Shown: positions 29,541 through 41,000, numbered from the stretch's first letter. The stretch: 64,000 nt of DNA from Candidatus Falkowbacteria bacterium (GCA_037137655.1 JBAXJX010000001.1:417624-481623), one strand, 5' to 3'. Numbers and translations are program-made. Notes: generated by a model not told the origin, from the sequence alone.

Positions 29541-30320
29541 TTAAATTGTCAAAACCTCGCAGCCGTTTTTAGTCACCACCACGGTATGCTCAAAATGAGC
29601 GCTTAAAGATCCATCAGCCGTTATCACTGTCATTCTATCAGGTGCCGTTTTAACTTTCCAAGTACCCATATTAATCATCGGCTCAATTGCCAAAACCATC
29701 CCCTCCTTCAAGGTCATATTCTCTGAAGAATTATCACCAATCTCATAATTAAAAACATTCGGCTCCTCATGCGCCTTATAGCCAACGCCATGACCGACTA
29801 AATCGCGCACCACACCGTAATTATATTTATCAGCCAAGCTTTCCACTGCTTTTCCAATATCATTTAATGTCGCACCAGCTTTCACCTTCTTAATAGCGGC
29901 CGTTAAACAATCGCGTGAAACTTTCATTAATTTAGTTGCCTCTTTAGAAACTTTTCCCACCGGCACTGTCACACACATATCAGTGAACAAACCATTTTTA
30001 GCTGGGTATTCCATACCAATATCCAAATCAATAATATCACCCGCCTTTAAAATCCGACCTGGAACCGCTGGACCATGAACCACTTCATTATTGATTGAAG
30101 CACACACTGCTGTTGGAAAATAAACGTTAGCACCCATCGGATAATCCTTAAACGACGGTCGGCCACCAGCCTTTTCAATTAGCTCACAGCACAAATCTTC
30201 AATCTCCGCCGTGCTCACGCCCGGCTTCACCATCGCCACCAAAGCCTTTAAAATCGCCGCTAGCTTATGACCACCAACACGAATAATATCAATTTCTTCT
30301 TTTGTTTTTATTGTTACCAT
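29541..30320 (-). CDS. map: Methionine aminopeptidase type I
   Basis: SINNEVVHG, GHGVG...HEEP, AIEPM, SAHFEHT. Confidence 0.95.
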   Translation of the reverse strand: MVTIKTKEEIDIIRVGGHKLAAILKALVAMVKPGVSTAEIEDLCCELIEKAGGRPSFKDYPMGANVYFPTAVCASINNEVVHGPAVPGRILKAGDIIDLDIGMEYPAKNGLFTDMCVTVPVGKVSKEATKLMKVSRDCLTAAIKKVKAGATLNDIGKAVESLADKYNYGVVRDLVGHGVGYKAHEEPNVFNYEIGDNSSENMTLKEGMVLAIEPMINMGTWKVKTAPDRMTVITADGSLSAHFEHTVVVTKNGCEVLTI

Positions 30321-30425
30321 ATTTTTTTAATATTATAATTATAATAAAATTATAACACATCCAAAAACAAAAAATAAGGGGTTTAAGCCTTATTTTTTTA
30401 TAGAGTCGAATTTATTTATTTTTTA

Positions 30426-31700
30426 CTAGACATTATCATATTCCCGCATTGTAATTTGAGCTTGAATCTGTTTAACAGTTTCAATAACCACAGACACAAC
30501 GATCAGCAAACTAGTACCGCCAATCGCGAGTGATTGAATACCGGTGAAATAACGAATTATTAGTGGCATAATAGCAATTAAACCCAAGAATAAAGCGCCA
30601 GTTAGAATGATTTTATGTGTAGTGTAGGAAATGTAATCAGCTGTTGGCTTACCTGGTCTAATGCCAGGGATAAAACCACCACCCTTTTGCAGATTTTCCG
30701 CAATTTGATCAGGATGGAAAACAACTTCGGTATAGAAATAAGTGAAACCAAAAACCAATAAGAAATAAATAATGCCGTAGAATAATTGATTTTGAAAAAT
30801 ATTTATTGTCCAATTGGAGAAATTAGCTAACCATGCAGTTTTAGCATGTATAAAGAAATTAGCTAACATTGGTGGAATCATGATAAGTGAAATAGCAAAG
30901 ATAATTGGAATAACACCAGCCATGTTAACACGAAGTGGTAAGTTACTAGCTTGACCGCCAGTTGGATTATTACCTCTCATTTGACGAGCGTATTGAATTG
31001 GAATATTTCTTTCACCTTCATTAATAACAACTACACCAACAACCGTTAAAATCGCCACCAAAACTAAACCGATTAAAGTAAAGATTTGAGTACTATCAAA
31101 AGAATATGATAATTGTCCGATTTGACCAGGAAGTGCAGCGACGATACCAGCAAAAATTAAGAAAGAGATACCATTACCAATCTTTCTCTTAGAAATCAAT
31201 TCACCTAACCACATTAAGAATACTGTACCAGCTGTAATTGTCGTAATCATTAAGATTGTATCAAAAACTGAAGTACTAGTTATTAATTGGCGAGAAGAAC
31301 GTTGCAACAAGTTCAACATACCGTAAGCTTGCAAAGCAGCTAATGGTACAGTTGCCCAACGTGTCCAAGAATTGATCTTTTGACGACCAGATTCTTCTTT
31401 TTGCATTTCTTCCACCTTCGGAGAAATCATACCAAGAAGTTGGAAAATAATAGAAGAAGTAATATATGGTGCCACACCCATCATAACGATAGAGAAATTT
31501 TTCATACCACCACCGGAAAAAAGATCCATTAGTCCTAAAAGTTGATTAGAACCAAACAATTCTTTTAAAGCGGCAGTATTAATTCCTGGGATTGGGATAT
31601 GCACAGCCAAGCGAAAAATCGTCAACATCAACAAAACAAACAAAATATTATTACGCAAATCCTTGATTTTCCAAATTTGTCTGACTTTATCAATAAACAT
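30426..31700 (-). CDS. secY: Preprotein translocase SecY
   Basis: PYITSSII, GNGIS, AGVIPIIFA, FIPGIRPG, GGTSLLIVV. Confidence 0.97.
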   Translation of the reverse strand: MFIDKVRQIWKIKDLRNNILFVLLMLTIFRLAVHIPIPGINTAALKELFGSNQLLGLMDLFSGGGMKNFSIVMMGVAPYITSSIIFQLLGMISPKVEEMQKEESGRQKINSWTRWATVPLAALQAYGMLNLLQRSSRQLITSTSVFDTILMITTITAGTVFLMWLGELISKRKIGNGISFLIFAGIVAALPGQIGQLSYSFDSTQIFTLIGLVLVAILTVVGVVVINEGERNIPIQYARQMRGNNPTGGQASNLPLRVNMAGVIPIIFAISLIMIPPMLANFFIHAKTAWLANFSNWTINIFQNQLFYGIIYFLLVFGFTYFYTEVVFHPDQIAENLQKGGGFIPGIRPGKPTADYISYTTHKIILTGALFLGLIAIMPLIIRYFTGIQSLAIGGTSLLIVVSVVIETVKQIQAQITMREYDNV

Positions 31701-31714
31701 ATATTTTTATATTT

Positions 31715-32134
31715 TTACGCTACAGATTTTTTAACACTTTCACTCATTTTAACACCACTGAATTCTAAACCCTTAAGTGTTAATTTGTCTTTTCCTAAAA
31801 TTTTAACTGGTTTTTTAACATCTTTAATTAAACCTTTTTCAAATAGAGTTTCTGGATTAATTTTATCATTATCTTTAAAAGTTTTATTGATAGTCAAGAT
31901 GCTAATCGCCATTGCTTTTGGATATAAAGATCTAAAACCACGAGATTTTGGAATCTGTAATAATTGCTTTTTCATACCCAAACGTTTCAAGTTGCTGACA
32001 CCAGCACGAGCTCTTTGTCCTTTCAAACCTTTAGTCGCATAGGTACCATGACCGGAAGAGTTACCACGGCCAACAATCTTTCTCTTTTTAAGAGCACCTT
32101 TTGACTTTTTGATTGTGCTTAATTCAATTGCCAT
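31715..32134 (-). CDS. rplO: 50S ribosomal protein L15
   Basis: VGRGNSSGHG...KGQRAR; position in the spc cluster. Confidence 0.95.
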   Translation of the reverse strand: MAIELSTIKKSKGALKKRKIVGRGNSSGHGTYATKGLKGQRARAGVSNLKRLGMKKQLLQIPKSRGFRSLYPKAMAISILTINKTFKDNDKINPETLFEKGLIKDVKKPVKILGKDKLTLKGLEFSGVKMSESVKKSVA

Positions 32135-32163
32135 ATATTAATAATTTAAAATAATAAGATAGA

Positions 32164-32805
32164 TTATTTCTTTTCAGCTTTTACCGCTTTAGGCTTTTCA
32201 GCTTCGGCAACAACTTCTTTTTTGTCTTTGTTTTGTTTTGGTTCAGGTGTCTTCATGCTACGTAAAGCTTCCATAACGCAGCGAGCGTTATTAATTTTAT
32301 TGTTAGTACCTAAAATTTTAGAAGTGGCATTTTTAACACCAGCTAATTCTAAAATAATACGAACTACACCACCAGCGATAACACCGCGACCCTTCTTGGC
32401 TGGTTTAAATAAAATTTTAGCAGCTCCAACCTTACATTCGATAGAATGAGGTAATGTATCATTAACAGTAATAACTTTAAACATTTTTTTCTTAGCTTGA
32501 TTAACAGCCTTATTAACAGCAATAGTCACATCAGCACCTTTACCTAAACCGATACCGATTGAACCATTTCTATCACCAAGTGCAACGCAAGCTCTAAAGC
32601 TCATTCTCTTACCACCCTTCATCACACGAGTTACACGAGCGATATCCAAAATTCTTTGATCACCGTCATCCTTTTTTTCAAATCTTCCACCAGCCGGTTT
32701 TTTTCCGCCGAATTTTTTTGCACCGTAAACAGATTTTGCTACAGCTGCTTCAACAGCGCCGCTTAAATCTTTTTTTACTTCAACTTGTTGTTTTTCTTCC
32801 GCCAT
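32164..32805 (-). CDS. rpsE: 30S ribosomal protein S5
   Basis: RVTRVMKGGKRMSF, GVIAGG. Confidence 0.95.
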   Translation of the reverse strand: MAEEKQQVEVKKDLSGAVEAAVAKSVYGAKKFGGKKPAGGRFEKKDDGDQRILDIARVTRVMKGGKRMSFRACVALGDRNGSIGIGLGKGADVTIAVNKAVNQAKKKMFKVITVNDTLPHSIECKVGAAKILFKPAKKGRGVIAGGVVRIILELAGVKNATSKILGTNNKINNARCVMEALRSMKTPEPKQNKDKKEVVAEAEKPKAVKAEKK

Positions 32806-32824
32806 ATAATTTTATATTTTATAT

Positions 32825-33181
32825 TTAGAATTTTAAACCACCTTCGCGGGCGCCTTCAGCTGCAGCCTTAACACGACCATGATATCTCAAACCACCGCGA
32901 TCAAAAACTACTGTATCAATCTTGCTGTCAGCCGCTTTTTTAGCGATCAACAAACCCAACTCTTTAGCCACCTCAGTTTTAGTTTTCTTTTCGGCTTTGA
33001 TTTCTGAAATTGAAGCACTAGCGATTGTTACAGCCTTAGCATCATCGATCAATTGCAAATACATTCCTTTATTGGAACGAAAAACGTTTAATCTTGGACG
33101 AGTAGCAGTACCAATAATCTTAATTCTGATTTTTTTGTGACGGCGCTCAATTTTTTCTTGTTTTAATTTTTGCTTATTCAT
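32825..33181 (-). CDS. rplR: 50S ribosomal protein L18
   Basis: [22 protein letters not shown]. Confidence 0.95.
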   Translation of the reverse strand: MNKQKLKQEKIERRHKKIRIKIIGTATRPRLNVFRSNKGMYLQLIDDAKAVTIASASISEIKAEKKTKTEVAKELGLLIAKKAADSKIDTVVFDRGGLRYHGRVKAAAEGAREGGLKF

Positions 33182-33193
33182 ATTATATTTAAA

Positions 33194-33736
33194 TTATTTT
33201 GAAGCCGCAGTCTTACCAGCTTTGCGTCTAATAACTTCATCAATATATCTAATACCTTTTCCTTTGTATGGTTCAGGTTTTCTAAGTCTTCTAATTTGAG
33301 CTGACACTTCGCCCACAACTTGTTTATCAAAACCGCTGATTGTTAAAAAGTTACCTTCAACCAAAGCAGTGATTCCTTCTGGTAATGGAAAATCAACTTG
33401 ATGAGAAAATCCTAAGTTCAACAATAATTTCTGACCATTAACCTGAGCACGGTAACCAACACCCTTGATTTCCATTTTCTTAAAGAAACCAGTGGATACG
33501 CCGATAACCATATTATTGATTAAGTTGCGGAATAATCCCCAAAAAGCTCTAACTTTAACATTTTCTTTATCATTAACGTCAACAGTGATAGTGTTGTTTT
33601 CAACATTAACAGAAACCTCGCTTCGCAGAGCTAGTTTTAATTCCCCTTTTGGTCCTTTAACAGTAATATTTTTACCGCTAACTTTAACTTCAACGTTAGC
33701 TGGGATTGTAATTGGCGCTTTTCCTATTCTAGACAT
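33194..33736 (-). CDS. rplF: 50S ribosomal protein L6
   Basis: MSRIGK, PEPYKGKGIRY. Confidence 0.96.
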   Translation of the reverse strand: MSRIGKAPITIPANVEVKVSGKNITVKGPKGELKLALRSEVSVNVENNTITVDVNDKENVKVRAFWGLFRNLINNMVIGVSTGFFKKMEIKGVGYRAQVNGQKLLLNLGFSHQVDFPLPEGITALVEGNFLTISGFDKQVVGEVSAQIRRLRKPEPYKGKGIRYIDEVIRRKAGKTAASK

Positions 33737-33747
33737 AAATTTAAAAA

Positions 33748-34164
33748 TTAATAGATTTCACAAAGAAGCTCTCCACCGATATTCTTACGGCGTGCTTCTC
33801 TGTTAGTCATTAAACCCTGTGGTGTTGACAATATAGCAATACCTAAATTGTTCAAAACAGTTGGGATATGGTCTTTATCAACATAAACTCTTAAACCAGG
33901 TTTGCTGATTCTTTTTAACAAAGTAATGTAAGATTTACCATCCTCGCGGTATTTTAAAGTGATTTTAATACTATCAAAAGCGGCAGTCTTATTTTTTGCC
34001 CCAGCGATAGCCTTAACTAATTCAACTTTGTTAACCCACTTGTCGCGCTCTAAAATTTTAGCAATTTCATACTTAATTTTGCTCATGGGTATAACAACAT
34101 CTTTCTTTTTTACTAAAAAAGAGTTTCTAATTCTTGTAAGCATGTCTGCTATTGGATCCGTCAT
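33748..34164 (-). CDS. rpsH: 30S ribosomal protein S8
   Basis: DPIADMLTRIRN, SKPGLRVY. Confidence 0.96.
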   Translation of the reverse strand: MTDPIADMLTRIRNSFLVKKKDVVIPMSKIKYEIAKILERDKWVNKVELVKAIAGAKNKTAAFDSIKITLKYREDGKSYITLLKRISKPGLRVYVDKDHIPTVLNNLGIAILSTPQGLMTNREARRKNIGGELLCEIY

Positions 34165-34249
34165 AAATTTATCTTGAATTACGAATTACCGATTTAATTT
34201 TCTTATTATCTAGTAATTCATTATAGTATTTGAAAAAAAATTTTAATAA

Positions 34250-34435
34250 TTACCAACTTGCTTTTTTAATACCCGGTAGATCACCGTTATCAGCTAACTC
34301 TCTAAAGCAAATACGACACAAACCGAAATCGCGCATGTATCCATGATTTCTACCACAACGCCAACATCGATTTATAGTTCGTGTGGAAAATTTTGGTTTT
34401 CTTTTTGCCTTAACAATTAATGCAGTTCGAGCCAT
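34250..34435 (-). CDS. rpsZ: 30S ribosomal protein S14, zinc-binding type Z
   Basis: RCWRCGR...CRICFRE, 61 aa. Confidence 0.95.
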   Translation of the reverse strand: MARTALIVKAKRKPKFSTRTINRCWRCGRNHGYMRDFGLCRICFRELADNGDLPGIKKASW

Positions 34436-34458
34436 AATTTTATGTAAACTTAAATAAA

Positions 34459-34998
34459 TTATTTTTTAAACGGGAAACCGATTGCATTATATAATGCTAA
34501 ACCGTCTTCTCTGTTTTTAGCGGTGCTAGAAATAACAACTTCTAAACCGTGAATATTATCAATATCTTCAGCTTTCATTTCTGGGAAAGCAGAATTTTCT
34601 TTGAACCCAATTGAAAAATTTCCAGTCTTATCAATCGCTTTATCATCTAAACCACGGAAATCTCTAACACGTGGAAAAGTAACATTGATCAATTTATCCA
34701 AAAAATCATACATTCTATCACCACGTAAAGTTACCATTGCTCCAATAGTCATACCTTCACGAAGTTTAAAAGCGGAAATTGATTTTTTTGATTTAGTGAA
34801 AACTGGTTTTTGTCCAGAAATAGCAGTTAAAGTTTTAGCAACACCAGCCATAAACTCTTTTTCATTGCCATGTTTACCAAAACCAACGTTAATCACAACT
34901 TTAAGCAAACGCGGCACCAAAAGACCATTAGTGAGACCTAAATCCTTTTTTAGCTGCGGTACTATTTCTTTTTTGTATCTTTCTTTTAATCTCATCAT
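34459..34998 (-). CDS. rplE: 50S ribosomal protein L5
   Basis: [20 protein letters not shown]. Confidence 0.96.
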   Translation of the reverse strand: MMRLKERYKKEIVPQLKKDLGLTNGLLVPRLLKVVINVGFGKHGNEKEFMAGVAKTLTAISGQKPVFTKSKKSISAFKLREGMTIGAMVTLRGDRMYDFLDKLINVTFPRVRDFRGLDDKAIDKTGNFSIGFKENSAFPEMKAEDIDNIHGLEVVISSTAKNREDGLALYNAIGFPFKK

Positions 34999-35012
34999 AT
35001 ATTTATAAAAAA

Positions 35013-35336
35013 TTAATCAATTGATTGTTCGCATTTCTTACAGACACGGTATTTTTTAGACTTACCATCCTCAGATTTAACGATTTTGTAAGCGATTCTA
35101 GTTGTCTTGCCACATTTTGGGCAAACTACAGCCACATTAGAAGCATTAACAAAAGACGGAAATTCTATTCTTTGACCTTTTTCACCACGTTTTGATGGAC
35201 GTAAATGTTTAATCAATAAGTTTAAACCTTCTACGCTCACTTTTCCGGCTTCAGGCATAACCTGTAAGATTTTACCGCTTTTACCACGGTCCTTACCAGT
35301 TAAAACTTTTACATTGTCGTTTTTCTTAATATTCAT
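35013..35336 (-). CDS. rplX: 50S ribosomal protein L24
   Basis: KOW motif VLTGKDRGKSG. Confidence 0.95.
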   Translation of the reverse strand: MNIKKNDNVKVLTGKDRGKSGKILQVMPEAGKVSVEGLNLLIKHLRPSKRGEKGQRIEFPSFVNASNVAVVCPKCGKTTRIAYKIVKSEDGKSKKYRVCKKCEQSID

Positions 35337-35360
35337 AATATTTTAATTGAAAATAAAAAC

Positions 35361-35732
35361 TTATAGAACTTCTGGAGCTAAAGAAATAATTTTCATATAG
35401 CCAGCGCCACGTAATTCTCTAGCAACCGGTCCAAAAATACGACTAGCTTTTGGTTCTTTCTTTTCTTTATCAATAATTACGCAAGCGTTATCATCGAAAC
35501 GAACATAAGAACCATCAGGACGACGGATTTCTTTTTTAGTTCTAACTACAACTGCGTAGATAACATCACCTTTTTTAACTGGGTTATGTGGAGTTGAAGT
35601 CTTAACACAGGCTACGATAATATCACCAACACCGGCGTATCGTCTTCCTGTGCCGCCTAAAACCTTAATGCACATTACTTCTTTGGCACCAGAGTTATCA
35701 GCCACTCTTAATCTTGATTGAACTTGTATCAT
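35361..35732 (-). CDS. rplN: 50S ribosomal protein L14
   Basis: [24 protein letters not shown]. Confidence 0.97.
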   Translation of the reverse strand: MIQVQSRLRVADNSGAKEVMCIKVLGGTGRRYAGVGDIIVACVKTSTPHNPVKKGDVIYAVVVRTKKEIRRPDGSYVRFDDNACVIIDKEKKEPKASRIFGPVARELRGAGYMKIISLAPEVL

Positions 35733-35736
35733 ATAA

Positions 35737-36015
35737 TTAATTAGTTACAACGCGCCACTTTTTTTCCTTACTTAGTGGGCGACATTCGACGAAAGAAACT
35801 TTATCACCAGTACTGCATTCATTTTTTTCATCATGCACTTTATATTTGCTAGTAACTTTGTATCTTTTTTTATATTTAGGGTGCATCTTAATGCGTTCAA
35901 CTTTGACAACAATTGTTTTGTCGCCTTTATCGCTCACTACTTCACCGGAAAATTTCTTTAAAATTTTTGGTTTGGCAGCGGACACCTTTTCAATTTTGCT
36001 TTTAGTGTTAGCCAT
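35737..36015 (-). CDS. rpsQ: 30S ribosomal protein S17
   Basis: [27 protein letters not shown]. Confidence 0.95.
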   Translation of the reverse strand: MANTKSKIEKVSAAKPKILKKFSGEVVSDKGDKTIVVKVERIKMHPKYKKRYKVTSKYKVHDEKNECSTGDKVSFVECRPLSKEKKWRVVTN

Positions 36016-36029
36016 ATGTAACAAATTTA

Positions 36030-36221
36030 TTATTTAATCTCTTTATTATTTAATACAGTTAAAACTTGAGCGATTTGCTTTTTTACTTCCCTGATCTCAC
36101 GCACATCTTTTAATTGATGATTAGAATCCTTAAAACGAAGATCGCGATTCTTATCTCTCAAATCAGCCAATGAACGTTGCAATTCCGCTTCGCTTTTATT
36201 TTTTAATTCTTTAAAATCCAT
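36030..36221 (-). CDS. rpmC: 50S ribosomal protein L29
   Basis: Size, position and IREVKKQIAQVLT. Confidence 0.92.
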   Translation of the reverse strand: MDFKELKNKSEAELQRSLADLRDKNRDLRFKDSNHQLKDVREIREVKKQIAQVLTVLNNKEIK

Positions 36222-36232
36222 ATATATAAAAA

Positions 36233-36637
36233 TTATTTTTTAACAATTTTACATTTCACAGGCAATTTGTACATCGCATCAGTCATAGCCTTAGTTGCGA
36301 TTTCTTCTGTTAAACCATCAACCTCAAACATAATCATACCTGGTTTAACAACAACAACGTAATGATCAACGCTACCCTTACCTTTACCCATAGGGATTTC
36401 GCCGCCTTTTTTAGTTACTGGTTTGTCAGGGAAAATTCTAATCCAAATCTTACCAGTCTTTTTTGTGTATTTAGCCATAGCGCGACGAGCGGATTCAATT
36501 TGGCGAGCTGTTACCCAGCAGTTTTCAACAGTTTTTAAACCAAAACTACCAAAAGCAACTGTCAATTTCGATGACGCCTTACCACCACGTCGGCCTTTGT
36601 GACTTTTTCTATGTTTTAATTTTTTCGGCATTAACAT
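36233..36637 (-). CDS. rplP: 50S ribosomal protein L16
   Basis: QIESARR, IWIRIFPDKP, MGKGKG. Confidence 0.96.
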   Translation of the reverse strand: MLMPKKLKHRKSHKGRRGGKASSKLTVAFGSFGLKTVENCWVTARQIESARRAMAKYTKKTGKIWIRIFPDKPVTKKGGEIPMGKGKGSVDHYVVVVKPGMIMFEVDGLTEEIATKAMTDAMYKLPVKCKIVKK

Positions 36638-36649
36638 ATTATTGCAAAA

Positions 36650-37315
36650 TTATTTTTTCTTATTATCAAAAACCTCGCCTTTATAAATCCAAACTTTAAT
36701 ACCGATAGCACCGTAAGTAGTATGAGCAACACCACGAGCGTAATCAATATCAGCACGTAAAGTATTAAGTGGAACTTTACCCCAAACCAATTTTTCAGTA
36801 CGAGCGATTTCAGCACCGTTTAAACGACCAGCAATAGCAACCTTAACACCCAAAGCACCAGCGCGTTCAATACGAGAAATTGCTTGCTTCATAACTTTTC
36901 GGAAAGGAGCACGTTTTTCAATTTCCAAAATCATGGATTGAACAGTAATTTGAGCACTTAAATTTGGTTGAGCAACTTCTTTAATATTAATATTAACGTC
37001 ACTTGTTCTAATGCCAGCTGGATTAGATAAAAATTTACGGTGTAGTTTTGATTTTAATTCTTCAATACCATTACCACCGCGACCGATCAAAACACCTGGC
37101 TTACCAGTATGTACATCAATCACAATTTTCTTAGCTGCACGGAAAATTTCAACCTTATCGATTCCCGCTTCTTTGTACTCTTTAATTAAAAACTTACGAA
37201 TGTTAACATCTTGTTCAACATTTTTAATATAAGTTTTACCAATAGCGAACCATGTTGATGGCCAGCTACGAGTGATTCCCATTCTTAAAATTTTTGGATT
37301 AACCTTTTTGCCCAT
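36650..37315 (-). CDS. rpsC: 30S ribosomal protein S3
   Basis: MGKKVNP, GRLNGAEIAR, LRADIDY. Confidence 0.96.
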   Translation of the reverse strand: MGKKVNPKILRMGITRSWPSTWFAIGKTYIKNVEQDVNIRKFLIKEYKEAGIDKVEIFRAAKKIVIDVHTGKPGVLIGRGGNGIEELKSKLHRKFLSNPAGIRTSDVNINIKEVAQPNLSAQITVQSMILEIEKRAPFRKVMKQAISRIERAGALGVKVAIAGRLNGAEIARTEKLVWGKVPLNTLRADIDYARGVAHTTYGAIGIKVWIYKGEVFDNKKK

Positions 37316-37354
37316 AATATTTGTTTAAATATTTGTTTAAATTGAAAATACTAA

Positions 37355-37939
37355 TTAACCGCTCTTGCGTCGGAACATCTTACCGGCGAAACCTTTTGAG
37401 CTACCGCCTTCGATTCTAGCATGTCCGTGACGACCTTCCATGCGTGGGTCAACTATTTCATTTTCTACTTCTTCACTTTCTTTAACTTGTTTAACTGGAG
37501 CTTTCGGTTTTTTAGCTACTGGAGCTTCGTTAGAAGCGTTAACTAAATTTTCCATTTTTACCGGTTCTTCAATCTTCTGTTTTTTAGCTGTTTTAATTCC
37601 GCTCTCCTTGATCTCATCCAAAATTAAATTGATATGAGCAGCTCTCTTTCTGATAACTGTCGCACGACCATGAGCTTTAGGCATCCAACGTTTTAAAGTT
37701 CGACCCTCATTAACCATGATTGATTTGATATATAAATTATCCTTATCAAGACCGAAATTGTTAACCGCGTTAGCAATAGCTGACTCAATTAACTTAGCAA
37801 TCGGATCGCCTGGTTTTTTATTCAAAAATCTTAACTGATCCAAAGCTTTGGCAGTCGGCATAGTGCGGATAACATCTGCTACCAAACGAACTTTTTGGGC
37901 TGATGTACGTAAATCGTTTAAACTTGCTTTAATTTCCAT
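37355..37939 (-). CDS. rplV: 50S ribosomal protein L22 with an ~80-aa C-terminal extension
   Basis: KVRLVADVIR, SAIANA, PKAHGRA. Confidence 0.95.
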   Translation of the reverse strand: MEIKASLNDLRTSAQKVRLVADVIRTMPTAKALDQLRFLNKKPGDPIAKLIESAIANAVNNFGLDKDNLYIKSIMVNEGRTLKRWMPKAHGRATVIRKRAAHINLILDEIKESGIKTAKKQKIEEPVKMENLVNASNEAPVAKKPKAPVKQVKESEEVENEIVDPRMEGRHGHARIEGGSSKGFAGKMFRRKSG

Positions 37940-37955
37940 ATTAATCTAATTAATT

Positions 37956-38240
37956 TTATTTTCCTTTAGCTTGTTCTTTGGCCATCTTACCGCCATGAGA
38001 AACAAACTTTTTAGTCAGTGAAAATTCACCTAAACGATGCCCAATCATATTTTCAACTACATAAACTGGAACATGAACTTTTCCGTTGTGAACACCAATA
38101 GTAAATCCAACCATTTCTGGAGTGATTGTTGATGATCGATCCCAAGTTCTAAGAACAGTCTTATCACCAGGTTGAGCATCCTTGATTCTTTTCATCAATC
38201 TCTCATTGATGTAAGGTCCTTTTTTTAAGCTTCTTGCCAT
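37956..38240 (-). CDS. rpsS: 30S ribosomal protein S19
   Basis: RSLKKGP, VHNGK, GHRLGEFS. Confidence 0.96.
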   Translation of the reverse strand: MARSLKKGPYINERLMKRIKDAQPGDKTVLRTWDRSSTITPEMVGFTIGVHNGKVHVPVYVVENMIGHRLGEFSLTKKFVSHGGKMAKEQAKGK

Positions 38241-38261
38241 ATGTTTAACAAAATTTAATTA

Positions 38262-39095
38262 TTACTTCTTAGGTCTTCTTTTTATAATCAATTTATTAGA
38301 CTGTCTCTTGGCACGAGTCTTAACACCAAAAGCGATCTTACCCCACTTAGTCTTCGGATGACGTAAACCAATTGGTTGTTTACCTTCACCACCACCGTGT
38401 GGATGGTCATTCGGATTCATAGCAGTACCACGAACAGTTGGACGAATACCTAAGCGACGGTTACGACCAGCTGAACCGATAGAAATGTGCATTTTATCTG
38501 GATTACTTACCTGACCAATAGTACACATACATTCCTTTCGAACTAAACGAATTTCGCCTGATGGCAATTTGATTTGAGCGTATTTACCTTCTACACCCAT
38601 AACAGTGGCTGAATTACCAGCACCACGAGCCATAGCTCCACCTTTTCCAGGAGTAAGTTCAATATTGTGAATAGCAACGCCGGCTGGAATAAACTGTACT
38701 GGCATAGCATTACCAACTTTTATTTCAATTAACTCTTGACCATTTAAAATTTGATCATCAACCTTTAAACCTAAAGGAGCAATGATATATCTCTTTTCAC
38801 CATCAGCATAAGAAACTAAAGCGATACGAGAACCACGATTTGGATCATATTCAATAGTTTTTACAACTGCTGGTACGCCGAATTTATCTCTCTTAAAATC
38901 GATGATTCTAACGTAACGTTTAACACCGCCGCCTTGATGACGAACAGTAATTTTACCTTGAAAGTTTCGACCGGCATGTTGTTTTCTGATGTAGATCAAA
39001 CTTTTTTCAGGAGTTGATTTTGTGATATCAGAAAAATCATCAAAAGTAGCATGACGTCGACCTGGAGTTGTTGGTTTTGCTTTAATAATTGCCAT
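38262..39095 (-). CDS. rplB: 50S ribosomal protein L2
   Basis: [19 protein letters not shown]. Confidence 0.97.
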   Translation of the reverse strand: MAIIKAKPTTPGRRHATFDDFSDITKSTPEKSLIYIRKQHAGRNFQGKITVRHQGGGVKRYVRIIDFKRDKFGVPAVVKTIEYDPNRGSRIALVSYADGEKRYIIAPLGLKVDDQILNGQELIEIKVGNAMPVQFIPAGVAIHNIELTPGKGGAMARGAGNSATVMGVEGKYAQIKLPSGEIRLVRKECMCTIGQVSNPDKMHISIGSAGRNRRLGIRPTVRGTAMNPNDHPHGGGEGKQPIGLRHPKTKWGKIAFGVKTRAKRQSNKLIIKRRPKK

Positions 39096-39109
39096 ATATA
39101 TATTTAAAA

Positions 39110-39532
39110 TTATACACCTTCGTAAATTGAAATGCTTTTACCTTTTGGTAAAGTAACGATAGCTTTGCGCCAATCCTTCTTTTTACCAGCAATTCGACCA
39201 CGGGTAACTGTCTTACCAATATTATTAATAATATTAACACTAGTTGGCTTTATTCCGTAGATTGCATTAATAGCTTTAGCCACTTCAATTTTGTTAGCGT
39301 CACGATCAACCATGAAAACGTATTTGTTCAAATGTCCTAAGTTAGCAGCCTTCTCAGTAATCAAAGGTTTAACTAAAACTTTATAGGCCATAGCACTGGT
39401 AACTTTTTTACCGTCAGCCTTTTTAGTTTCAGCAGCATACAAATCTTTTGTAGCTACTTCAGCTTTAACGGCTTTGCTAGCAGTTTTTTTTACGTCTTTT
39501 TTGTCGTCTTCTTTTTTATCAAATAAAGCCAT
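39110..39532 (-). CDS. rplW: 50S ribosomal protein L23 with an N-terminal extension
   Basis: [20 protein letters not shown]; start placed at MALFDKK. Confidence 0.93.
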   Translation of the reverse strand: MALFDKKEDDKKDVKKTASKAVKAEVATKDLYAAETKKADGKKVTSAMAYKVLVKPLITEKAANLGHLNKYVFMVDRDANKIEVAKAINAIYGIKPTSVNIINNIGKTVTRGRIAGKKKDWRKAIVTLPKGKSISIYEGV

Positions 39533-39536
39533 ATGT

Positions 39537-40184
39537 TTATTTATATCTTTCTTCAAGTTTTTTAATAACACTTTCAGTTAACAATAAATTTTTATATTTT
39601 AGAACTTCTAAAATATTTATGTTATCTAAATTGATAATTTCAACGCCTTTCAAATTTCGACCGGAACGGATAACTGTTTCGTCTTTACCATCATTGATAA
39701 TCAAGATGTTACGACGATTAGTTTTTAAAACATTCTTTTCCAAAGCGGAAATAATAGTATTGAAAGTTCTAGTTTTAATTTCAGCGATTTCAAATTTATC
39801 CAAAATAACAACAACGTCATTAGCAATCTTATCGGAAATAGCCATAAGCAAAGCTTTTTGCTTCATTTTCTTGTTTAATTTCTTGGAGAAATTTCTTTCT
39901 TTACGTGGACCAAAAATTACACCACCACCAATCCACAAAGGAGATCGGCTTGAACCAGCACGGGCACGGCCAGTACCTTTTTGTTTCCATGGCTTTTTAC
40001 CACCACCTCTAACTTCAGCTTTAGTTTTAACATGAGCTAAAACCTCGCGTTCGTTAGCCATTTGAGTAACGATAGCTTGATGGATCAAATCAGGATTGGT
40101 TTTAACACCAAAAATCTTGCTAGATAATTCTAATTCTCCAACACCTTCCGCTTTTTGATTGTAAACTTTGATTTTAACTGACAT
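39537..40184 (-). CDS. rplD: 50S ribosomal protein L4
   Basis: EVRGGGKKPWKQKGTGRARAGS. Confidence 0.97.
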   Translation of the reverse strand: MSVKIKVYNQKAEGVGELELSSKIFGVKTNPDLIHQAIVTQMANEREVLAHVKTKAEVRGGGKKPWKQKGTGRARAGSSRSPLWIGGGVIFGPRKERNFSKKLNKKMKQKALLMAISDKIANDVVVILDKFEIAEIKTRTFNTIISALEKNVLKTNRRNILIINDGKDETVIRSGRNLKGVEIINLDNINILEVLKYKNLLLTESVIKKLEERYK

Positions 40185-40190
40185 ATATTA

Positions 40191-41000
40191 TTATTTTACT
40201 TCTTCATTTTTAATTTCTTCATTTGTCGCTTCAACAACTTCAGTCGCCGCAACTGTTTCAGCTACTTCAGGAGTTTCAGTAGCTTCAGTAACAACTGGAG
40301 CGTCTTCAACAACTGGAGTTTCTTCACTGACTACAACTTCTTCTTTAATATCATCAGCTAATGGTGGTAAAGTGAATTTTAAGTCATTAGTACCGCGTAA
40401 AGTGATTAAAGAATTAACCGCTCCTGGCACAGCACCACGAATATAAATAACATTATTAACCACATCAATATCAGCGATTTCTAAATTTTTAGTAGTAACA
40501 TTTTCATCACCCATTTGACCACCCATGCGAGTTCCTTTAAAAACGTGAGCTGGACCCTTAGGACCAACTGAACCAGAAGCTCTTTCTTGATCTTTATTAC
40601 CATGAGTTTTTCTAAAACCATGGAAACCATGACGTTTAACTACACCAGCAAAACCTTTACCTTTAGAAATACCGCTAGCGTCAACCAATTCACCTTTAGT
40701 GAAAGTTTCAACTGTAATAATATCACCTGATTTAGCATCTGGTAAATTTTCTGCACGGAATTCTTTCAAGTATCTCAAAGCTTTAACACCAGCTTTGGCA
40801 ATATGATTTTTTTGTGGTTTTTTAATATTCTTTTCTTTTCTGTCTCCGAAACCAAGTTGTAAAGCACTGTAACCATCAGTAGCAACGTCTTTAACCTGGA
40901 CAACAAAACAAGGACCAGCTTGAACCGGAGTAACCGGCACTACTTTGTCCCCTTCCCAAATCTGGGTCATTCTCATTTTTTTTCCTAATATGAAATTCAT
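40191..41000 (-). CDS. rplC: 50S ribosomal protein L3 with an acidic C-terminal extension
   Basis: DGYSALQ, SKGKGFAGVVKRH, GAVPGA. Confidence 0.96.
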   Translation of the reverse strand: MNFILGKKMRMTQIWEGDKVVPVTPVQAGPCFVVQVKDVATDGYSALQLGFGDRKEKNIKKPQKNHIAKAGVKALRYLKEFRAENLPDAKSGDIITVETFTKGELVDASGISKGKGFAGVVKRHGFHGFRKTHGNKDQERASGSVGPKGPAHVFKGTRMGGQMGDENVTTKNLEIADIDVVNNVIYIRGAVPGAVNSLITLRGTNDLKFTLPPLADDIKEEVVVSEETPVVEDAPVVTEATETPEVAETVAATEVVEATNEEIKNEEVK